Assembly: GCA_002269645.1 (NCBI GenBank)
Contig: NIVC01004504.1
Span: forward strand, 1 to 43,816
Length of the DNA stretch: 43,816 nucleotides
Reading direction: 5' to 3'
From: Macrostomum lignano
Lineage: Eukaryota
Shown here piece by piece: positions 34,773 through 43,816 of this stretch. How positions within the stretch are numbered: the stretch's first letter is position 1; every line of letters starts with the position of its first letter. Position numbers and translations under genes: made by a program. A model generated the notes under the pieces. The model searched no databases. It was not told the origin of the DNA and saw nothing but the letters and a program-made list of their open reading frames with translations.

Positions 34773-35210
34773 TCAACAGGGATTAAGCTCAAATTCGCGC
34801 AATATTTTCAAGCCTTCCAAACAGCCGAAACGTTTCAGCGTTTCGGCCAGCTGCGACACTGTGAGGCCCCGATCTCGAATCAAGTTTAGCAGGCCTTGGT
34901 GCAACAAGTCGGCAGGATTTGTGTACTGGCGCTGCAGCAACTCCAAGTTGACAGCTGAGATGCCCAGATTCTCCAAAACCGGCCGATATTTGCTGCTCAA
35001 ATCTTGAGAATTGCACAAACGTCGGGCCAGACCGGTTGTTGCAACAATTTCAGCATAGGAACGTTGCAACAATTCCACAATGTCACTCTGGTGCCCCGCT
35101 GTCACATGCTGGGACACTCTGACGGAACCGCTGCCACCGGTGGGGCGGTAAAATGACACCATTTCACCTCCAACAGTTCCAATGCTCACGGTGAAGGCTC
35201 CACTTCTTCG
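34773..35210 (-). other. Terminal exon encoding a death-domain-like module
   Basis: LARRLCNSQDLSSKYRPVLENLGISAVNLELLQRQYTNPADLLHQGLLNLIRDRGLTVSQLAETLKRFGCLEGLKIL fits the death-domain pattern (xxLxxxLG+....I/L; T+xxLxxxLxxxG). The usual Trp residues are replaced by Tyr/Leu. Confidence 0.7.
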
Positions 35211-38200
35211 CTGAGGGGTGTGTGTGTGTGTGTGTGTGTGCGGTCAGTGACAATTTGACCATCAGTGCCAATTCGACTATTAGCGACAATTAGACTGTCA
35301 GTGACAAAGTGAATACCAGTAAGAAATTGACTATCAATGACAATTAGACTCTGTCAGTGACAATTAGACTCTGTTAGTGACAATTTGGCTGACAGGGACA
35401 ATTTGACCATCAGTGCCAATTCGACTATTAGCGACAATTAGACTGTCAGTGACATAGTGAATACCAGTAAGAAATTGAATATCAGTGACAATTAGACACT
35501 GTCAGTGACAATTTGACTAACAGTGACAATTTGACTATCAGTGACAATAGGATTGTCAGTGACAATTTAACTGACAGGGACAATTTGACTATTAGGGACA
35601 AATTAAATATCAGTGACAAATTTAATATCAGTGACAATTAGACACTGTCAGTGACAATTTGACTATCAGCGACAATTAGATTGTCAGTGACAATTTAACT
35701 GACAGGGACAATTTGACTATCAGTGACAAATTGAATATCAGTGACAGTTTGACTATCAGTGACAATTAGACTTTGTCAGTGTCAATTTGACAATTAGTGA
35801 CAATTTGACTATCAGTGACAATTTGACCATCAGTGACAATTTGACCATCAGTGACAATTTGACTATCAGTGACAATTTGAATCAGTGACAATATAACAGT
35901 AAAAGCTTACCGATGATTGGCTGGATGAAACAGACTGGTCAACATTACCAGAGAGCTTTTCAGCCTCAGACACAGGTCGACCCTCAAACTGCATGGAAAC
36001 AAGAAAGCATCGCAAGAATCATAGTATATCTTTGCACAAAAATGATTCATAATTCAGCAACTTACGTCTGGTTGATTAGACTGATCCATCGCATTGTCCA
36101 GCTGAAATTTAAACATTTGTAGGACTGGACGTGTTTAAGCTTTCGATGTATATCAGCTTTAGTAAATAGACTTTGTAATAATTTTATGGATATTTAACAC
36201 CTGTAGGATTGGGTGGGATTTTAACACCTGTGGGGATCGGATGGGATTTTAACACCTATGGGGATCGGATGGAATTTTAAAACCTGTGAAATCGGATGGG
36301 ATTTTAACACCCTGTGGGGATCGGATGGGATTTTAACACATGTGAAATCGGATGGGATTTTAACACCTGTGGCCTGTGGGGATTGGATGGGATTTTAACA
36401 CCTGCGGGGATCGGATGGGATTTTAACACCTGTGGGGATCGGATGGGATTTCTGATACCATCACTGAGCCAACAACCCAAACAAACCTCCAGAACACTGA
36501 GCTCCTCTTCAACCGGACCAAGTGACACAGTCCTCGCTCGGACCTCAGCCGACGGAATGGTGTCAGCCGGTGGCAGCTCGCCCAGCTCATTCAGCACTCG
36601 GTTTCTCTCCCGCTCCATCTGGGTCAGGCTGCACCTTCTCCACAGGGCGCTGATTTCGCTGAAAGTTGCCCGTTGCTCCGGCACCTGACAGGCCATTTTC
36701 TCCACAACAAGCTTAGTAATTTTTTGCAACTGTTCAAGATCTGCATCCCAGTTTCTCACAGGAATCTTATTAAAGAAACTATCGTCAACTAAGAGTTGAA
36801 AATCTCGAATGTGCTGTCCGATGCGTACTCTGCCTTTGAATGCTTCGATACGGTCCCCAATGACCTGACGAACGGACAGCTGACCGAATGCTTCGACTAC
36901 GAACACAGCGTAGAGATACCTGTCGCCGAATATGTCCGGCTGTCTCAGTGGATCGTCGTAAGTTTCTGGCAAGCGACGTTCGACTCCACGCAGTCGCTCA
37001 AATGCTAACGTGTTCTGCGTGGCGATTGACTCCACTGTGCGTTTGGACAGGCCGAAATCCGCGATCTGGCGTGGTTGGGAGAGCGGCGCCTGTCTGTGCT
37101 GTCATTAGCATCTGACATTCTAGTCTGTGCTGTCGTTAGCATCTGACATTCTGGTCTGTGCTGTCGTTAGCATCTGACATTCTAGTCTGTGCTGTCGTTA
37201 GCATCTGACATTCTGGTCTGTGCTGTCGTTAGCATCTGACATTCTAGTCTGTGCTGTCATTAGCATCTGACATTCTAGTCTGTGCTGTCGTTAGCATCTG
37301 ACATTCTAGTCTGTGCTGTCATTAGCATCTGACATTCTAGTCTCTGATGTCATTAGCATCTGACATTCTAGTCTCTGATGTCATTAGCATCTGACATTCT
37401 AGTCTGTGCTGTCGTTAGCATCTGACATTCTGGTCTGTGCTGTCGTTAGCATCTGACATTCTAGTCTGTGCTGTCATTAGCATCTGACATTCTAGTCTGT
37501 GCTGTCGTTAGCATCTGACATTCTAGTCTGTACTGTCATTAGCATCTGACATTCTAGTCTGTGCTGTCGTTAGCATCTGACATTCTAGTCTGTGCTGTCA
37601 TTAACATCTGACATTCTAGTCTCTGATGTCATTAGCATCTGACATTCCAGTCTGTGCTGTCATTAACATCTGACATTCTAGTCTCTGATGTCATTAGCAT
37701 CTGACATTCTAGTCTGTGCTGTCATTAACATCTGACATTCTAGTCTCTGATGTCATTAGCATCTGACATTCCAGTCTGTGCTGTCATTAACATCTGACAT
37801 TCTAGTCTCTGATGTCATTAGCATCTGACATTCTAGTCTGTGCTGTCATTAACATCTGACATTCTAGTCTCTGATGTCATTAGCATCTGACATTCTAGTA
37901 GTCTGTGCTGTCATTAGCATCTGACATTCTAGTCTGTGCTGTCGTTAGCATTTGACATTCTAGTCTGTGCTGTCATTAACATCTGACATTCTAGTCTGTG
38001 CTGTCATTAGCATCTGACATTCTAGTCTGTGCTGTCATTAGCATCTGACATTCTAGTCTGTGCTGTCATTAGCATTTGACATTCTAGTCTCTGCTGTCAT
38101 TAGCATCTGACATTCTAGTCTGTGCTGTCATTAGCATCTGACATTCTAGTCTGTGCTGTCATTAGCATTTGACATTCTAGTCTGTGCTGTCATTAGCATC

Positions 38201-38566
38201 TGACATTCTAGTCTGTGCTGTCATTAGCATCTGACATTCTAGTCTGTGCTGTCATTAGCATCTGACTCATAAACAAATAACGCTACTATTAGTAGGCAAA
38301 AACTAAATAAATAAAAAACTAAGTATTAAGTCAAGTTTCAACCAGACCTTGGCATTCAGCTGGTCATCAATCAGGACGTTGTCAACGGCCAAGTCTCGAT
38401 GAAGAATTCCGCCACCGTCCCCGTTCTGCAGGAATTCGAACCCGTCAGACACCTGCAGCATCCAAGATGTCACAAGCCAGGGGTGGCGGGTCCTGCCGCC
38501 GCCCATCTGCTGCTGGTGTTAGGAGAGTTTGGGTGGTACATGCACTCAATGTGATAGTCGATAGCC

Positions 38567-38627
<61 letters not shown>

Positions 38628-38628
38628 T

Positions 38629-38695
<67 letters not shown>

Positions 38696-41600
38696 CTAAG
38701 ACACTAAGACAGACAGACACTAAGACAGACAGACACTAAGACAGAGAGGCATAAAGACAGGCAGACACTAAGACAGACAGACACTAAGACAGAGAGGCAT
38801 AAAGACAGGCAGACACTAAGACAGACAGACACTAAGACAGACAGGCTCTAAGACAGACAGACACTAAGACAGACAGACACTAAGACAGACAGACACTAAG
38901 ACAGACAGACACTAAGACAGACAGACACTAAGACAGACAGGCTCTAAGACAGACAGACACTAAGACAGACAGACACTAAGACAGACAGACACTAAGACAG
39001 ACAGACACTAAGACAGACAGACACTACATGTATGACAGACAGACAGACAGACAGACACTAAGACAGACAGACACTAAGACAGACAGACAGACAGACACTA
39101 AGACAGGCAGACACTAAGACAGACAGACACTAAGACAGACAGACACTAAGACAGACAGACACTAAGACAGACAGACACTAAGACAGACAGACACTAAGAC
39201 AGACAGACACTAAGATAGACAGACACTAAGACAGACAGACACTAAGACAGACAGACACTAAGACAGACAGACACTAAGACAGACAGACACTAAGACAGAC
39301 AGACACTAAGACAGACAGACACTAAGACAGACAGACACTAAGACAGACAGACACTATATTCTCAATCAAAAGCAACGCAGACAGTTTCAAGCACATACCA
39401 TGGTGGACAGCCGCTTGGAGAACACCCTCAGACTGCCGTGCTTGCAGTACTCCATGGCGTACCCGACCAGTTTTAACACTTCGTGACAGTAGATGTACAG
39501 AATTTTAATGAAAGCGCCGCGCTTCTTGCCCAGGTCGTGCATGTACTTGATCTCGTGCACCAGGTGCTTCACTACCCTGAATTTGAATAAACGGTAAGTA
39601 CATGCGATACATGTGTAGAAATCAGTACTGAATTAGTCTTCAGTTCTAGAAATTAACTATTCTCAAAACTTTTCTCCCTGCTGTCTTCATTACTTTACGT
39701 GAGAACCTGTCTCTCTGCTCTTCCCCATTCCTTGAGAATCTGTCTCTCTGCTCTTCCCCATTCCTTGAGAACCTGCCTCTCTGCTCTTCCCATTCCTTGA
39801 GAATCTGTCTCTCTGTTCTTCCCAGTCCTTGAGAATCTGTCTCTCTGCTCTTCCCCAGTCCTTGAGAATCTGTCTCTCTGCTCTTCTCCATTCCTTGAGA
39901 ATCTGTCTCTCTGCTCTTCCCCAGTCCTTGAGAATCTGCCTCTCTGCTCTTCCCCAGTCCTTGAGAATCTGCCTCTCTGCTCTTCCCAGTCCTTGAGAAT
40001 CTGTCTCTCTGCTCTTCCCCATTCCTTGAGAATCTGTCTCTCTGTTCTTCCCCAGTCCTTGAGAATCTGTCTCTCTGCTCTTCCCCAGTCCTTGAGAATC
40101 TGTCTCTCTGCTCTTCCCCATTCCTTGAGAATCTGTCTCTCTGCTCTTCCCAGTCCTTGAGAATCTGTCTCTCTGCTCTTCCCCAGTCCTTGAGAATCTG
40201 TCTCTCTGCTCTTCCCCATTCCTTGAGAATCTGTCTCTCTGCTCTTCCCCAGTCCTTGAGAATCTGTCTCTCTGCTCTTCCCCATTCCTTGAGAATCTGT
40301 CTCTCTGCTCTTCCCCACTCCTTGAGAATCTGTCTCTCTGCTCTTCCCCATTCCTTGAGAATCTGTCTCTCTGTTCTTCCCCAGTCCTTGAGAATCTGTC
40401 TCTCTGCTCTTCCCCACTCCTTGAGAATCTGTCTCTCTGCTCTTCCCCACTCCTTGAGAATTTGTCTCTCTGCTCTTCCCCATTCCTTGAGAATCTGTCT
40501 CTCTGCTCTTCCCCACTCCTTGAGAATCTGTCTCTCTGCTCTTCCCACTCCTTGAGAATCTGTCTCTCTGCTCTTCCCATTCCTTGAGAATCTGTCTCTC
40601 TGCTCTTCCCCAGTCCTTGAGAATCTGTCTCTCTGCTCTTCCCCAGTCCTTGAGAATCTGTCTCTCTGCTCTTCCCCAGTCCTTGAGAATCTGTCTCTCT
40701 GCTCTTCCCCATTCCTTGAGAATCTGTCTCTCTGCTCTTCTCCATTCCTTGAGAATCTGTCTCTCTGCTCTTCCCCATTCCTTGAGAACATGTCTCTCTG
40801 CTCTTTCCCTAGAATGCAATGCCTACATTTCAAGCTGAACTCCATAAACTAGTCGGCCTTATCAATTTACCAGTCCTTCTTGCTCATATCCTGCTGTTCA
40901 TCCAGTTTAAATATTTTCAGAGCCATAGGCGCGTCATTTGGCGCGCTTTTCAAGTTGCACCGATGACAAACAGCAAAAGAGCCTTTGCCTGAAAAATGAA
41001 TACGGGGCATAGAAAACACCCGGTAACCGAAATATGATTTAATAAATGAATATGATTAATACTGGAGCTCGATAATAACAACTTACCAATTAAACTTTCT
41101 TCGGGAAATTCTACTTCAGTGTTCCACAAAACTTCTGGCGCTTTCAAATCTGGAGCAATCTGTAAAACAACATCATGGTTAATTTAGAAGAAGAGTACAC
41201 CATGACTCGACAATTGATCAGCCAAAAAATGAACTCACAGATTCATTGAGCTCTTGTCGAACAAGCCTCAAAACTTCCTGACGCGCCCTCTCCATCTTGT
41301 CAGGGCTGCAGGCGCGCCAAATGTCTTTAACTTCACTAAATGAAGCCTCTGTTCCGGGATGTGATGCGACATTATCTGTACCACTTGCAAGATTGCCTGT
41401 TTGAGCCTGTTTAGGTCTCCATCAGACGAGGCCACTCCAACGAAACAATTAGAATTTAATAATTGTTGAAAATAATCCACATGTTTGCCCGACCGCAATA
41501 GGTCAGTAAACTGTTGGACATTGTCACTTATCTGCTCACGGATTGACAGCTCAGTGAAGGCTTCTACAACCAGCAGTCCGTACAGATACCTGTCGCTAAA

Positions 41601-43487
41601 CTGGTCAGGCTGTCGGATCGGATCTGAGACAGTCTCCGGCAGCTGCTTATCAATGCCTCGCTTTTGCTCAAAGTCCAAAGTTTGTGGCGATAAATTTGCT
41701 TCCGTGAGTTTCTTTGAGAGGCCGAAATCCGCGATCTGGGATTAGTCAGATAAATCAGTTCTGCTATAAATTACAGATTACATGTGTTTTACATTACTGA
41801 AGGATACATGGATGCAGATCAAACCAACTCAGTGACACACATGCGGATGCAGATCAAACCAACTCAGTGACACACATGCGGATGCAGATCAAACCAACTC
41901 AGTGACACACATGCGGATGCAGATCAAACCAACTCAGTGACACATGCAGATGCAGATCAAACCAACTCAGTGACACATGCAGATGCAGATCAAACCAACT
42001 CAGTGACACACATGCAGATGCAGATCGAACCAACTCAGTGACACACATGCAGATGCAGATCAAACCAACTCATTCAATCCGGACACACAGGAATGCAGAC
42101 AACGCACAATAACGTGTGAGTATGTTAATAGGTGTTAAGATGGATTATAAGCGAAAAAGTGTCAAAGCGAACACACCTTGATATCGAGCTGGTCATTGAT
42201 TAGCACACTATCCACAGACAGATCTCTATGTATAATCGCTCCTTTTGGTCGAGTTTGCAAATAGTGGAAAGCATCTGCAATCTGGAGCATCCAGCTGGTT
42301 TTCAACCACGGATGATACAGACTATCTAGATTGCTCTGGAAATAAATGAAAAGAATGAATTATTGAAATCAATCAGCATTCAGCAATGAATAGAAAAATA
42401 CTTCTATTTCAACTTATAGTTACCAATTTTGACAGATGCAAACTAAAGGACCGAATACTGCCCAGCCGACAGTATTCCATAGTAAAGCCGGAAAGTTTAG
42501 TATCCCGACTGTACAAATGGTAAACGCTAATAAACTGTTCGCGTTCCTGACGCAGATCGTTTAGCAGCGCGATCTCTTTACTAAGTGGTTGACCAGCCTG
42601 GAGAAGAGAAATAAAAATGTTGACAACAATAATTTATATTGGAAGCTAAACTTTCCAATGGAAGACATTTTATGCAGGTCTTAACGAGGATATGTATTTT
42701 CTTTAGTTTTTTTTGTCAAAAGGGTTATGTTATTTGTAAGATCAAAATACAGGGAGTGTCATAGGCCCCAAGGGCTGGATTCCAAGTGCAGTCGCATTAA
42801 TTTCGGTGCACCTTTATTTAACGATAAATAAAGTCAGGACGCTATACACTCGTGCGTGTGCCTGTGTGTATGACTGCGTACGTATCGGGGAGTCGATGGA
42901 ATGGGCAGTAACCAGTAATGCCTTTTGACGGTTGTGTGACAATGTCGCTTAAAGTGCGCCATGATATAGCAAAAATAATTGCTATATCATACCCCAAGTT
43001 CCGTTTTCATTAACTATTTGTTTAGATAATTTTTAAAGAGAAATATTGAAGCAAACAAATATTAAAAACTTTCAGAAACAACTAAATAAAACTCACCACT
43101 GCGTTCGACTGGCGTCGTTAAATTCGAATAACTTGACGGCTAACGTTTTCATTGTAGGATCATTTTTGAGCCAGCATCGATGCACGCTTGCAATGCTGCC
43201 TTTGCCTAACAGATAGGATTAAAACAGATAAAAAATAGTTTGTTTTAATTAGCACGTGGATTAGCAATCTATTATTTTATGCAGGTACACAACTGATATT
43301 TCGGTCTTTAATAGTAGATTGCAGTGAAAAATTCTTAGACCATTTCACTTTTGTCCTAGCTTTAGAAAAAAATGACAAAGAAGTTCATTAAAAGTTCACA
43401 CAAAGTACGCATAAAAAAGTTCTTACCTATCAACGAATTGCTGGGATATATAACGTCATTTTGCGAAGTGTTCTTTAATTTTGCCAT
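34773..43487 (-). CDS. Tandem kinase - kinase - death domain protein (TKL/RIPK-like), 12 exons, ~874 aa if two 1-nt deletions are repaired
   Basis: Exons (minus): 43487-43427 (ATG in CCGCCGATGG), 43205-43097, 42597-42424 (1 nt short), 42335-42177, 41735-41239 (1 nt short), 41159-41087, 40988-40871, 39576-39399, 38506-38348, 37065-36487, 35988-35911, 35210-34773. All junctions GT-AG. Two full sets of kinase motifs followed by a death-domain-like C-terminus. Confidence 0.85.
35219..35890 (+). repeat. (GT)n followed by a degenerate ~18-21-bp repeat (TCAGTGACAATTTGACTA), intronic
   Basis: Recurrent CAGTGACAATT core filling intron 35211-35910. Confidence 0.9.
36190..36452 (+). repeat. ~28-bp minisatellite (GGGATTTTAACACCTGTGGGGATCGGAT)n, intronic
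   Basis: About 9 degenerate copies in intron 35989-36486. Confidence 0.9.
37090..38266 (+). repeat. 31-bp minisatellite (TCTGTGCTGTCATTAGCATCTGACATTCTAG)n, intronic
   Basis: Period 31 (37093/37124); fills intron 37066-38347. Confidence 0.97.
38566..39355 (+). repeat. (AGAC)n grading into a 16-bp unit (AGACAGACAGACACTA)n, intronic
   Basis: Direct periodicity in intron 38507-39398. Confidence 0.97.
39700..40808 (+). repeat. 33/32-bp pyrimidine-rich minisatellite (CCTTGAGAATCTGTCTCTCTGCTCTTCCCCATT)n, intronic
   Basis: Direct periodicity in intron 39577-40870; source of the 11-aa-repeat ORFs. Confidence 0.97.
41239..43487 (-). other. Kinase unit 1 (probable pseudokinase) of the tandem kinase gene
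   Basis: IG|KGSIASV, LAVK, KEI, MEYCRLGS, SWMLQIADAFHYL, HRDLSVDSVL (Asn replaced by Ser), IADFG, QLPET, DRYLYG, PEQR. Frameshifts near 42577-42579 and 41343-41345. Confidence 0.85.
41809..42073 (+). repeat. 35/33-bp minisatellite (GATGCAGATCAAACCAACTCAGTGACACACATGCG)n, intronic
   Basis: About 7.5 copies starting at 41811, 41846, 41881 etc. in intron 41736-42176. Confidence 0.95.
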
Positions 43488-43816
43488 CGGCGGTAAAAGT
43501 TTTGTTATACATAAAAGGGAAAAGCACAATTAACGAAATTACGAGCTCGTAGTATTGCCGACTAGGAATCACACAGCTAAGGCCATTTTCTAATTTTAGA
43601 TCATAAACTGATCACATTTCGGAGGATTTAAAGCCAATAATAAAGGGAAAAACAAGTTATGTCCTAACAGCCTCTAGCACTAGGAAAGATTCGGAACTTT
43701 TTCAGAGTTTTTAACAACAGCTGAACATATCTGCAATTCTAGAACATATGTACAAACAAATAATCATGCAAATAAAGATAGTATTTAAAAATATTAGTAA
43801 TGTATATTACTAATAA

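Larger units (their letters stand above)
36487..41159 (-). other. Kinase unit 2 of the tandem kinase gene
   Basis: IG|KGSFAVC, MALK, HEI, MEYCKHGS, SWMLQVSDGFEFL, HRDLAVDNVL, IADFG, RLPET, DRYLYA, PEQR. Five exons, all in frame. Confidence 0.9.

Noticed and set aside
39646-40845. 360-400-aa ORFs with 11-aa repeats
   Set aside because: Translations of the intronic 33-bp minisatellite; the flanking kinase exons splice across it in phase.

Overview
Eukaryotic (invertebrate animal) genomic DNA with GT-AG introns, GC-richer exons and very dense micro/minisatellites. The style resembles a free-living flatworm such as Macrostomum, but that is inference only. Contents left to right: (1) two tandem DEG/ENaC channel paralogs, the first frameshifted and the second a clear pseudogene; (2) a 222-bp foldback/MITE-like element; (3) an intronless two-TM orphan gene; (4) a minus-strand CaMKK gene with at least 10 exons, reconstructed in frame except for its start; (5) a ~3.8-kb satellite block; (6) an intronless His/Gln-rich orphan gene; (7) a decayed RTE-type LINE fragment; (8) a 12-exon minus-strand gene (43487->34773) that the ORF track shows only as fragments. 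Spliced, this last gene encodes kinase - kinase - death domain (~874 aa after repairing two 1-nt deletions). Its two kinase units share intron positions and phases, and the first lacks the catalytic-loop Asn. This tandem pseudokinase/kinase/death-domain gene is the most interesting candidate system. Most long ORFs in the track are translations of tandem repeats, not genes. Exon boundaries were read by eye.
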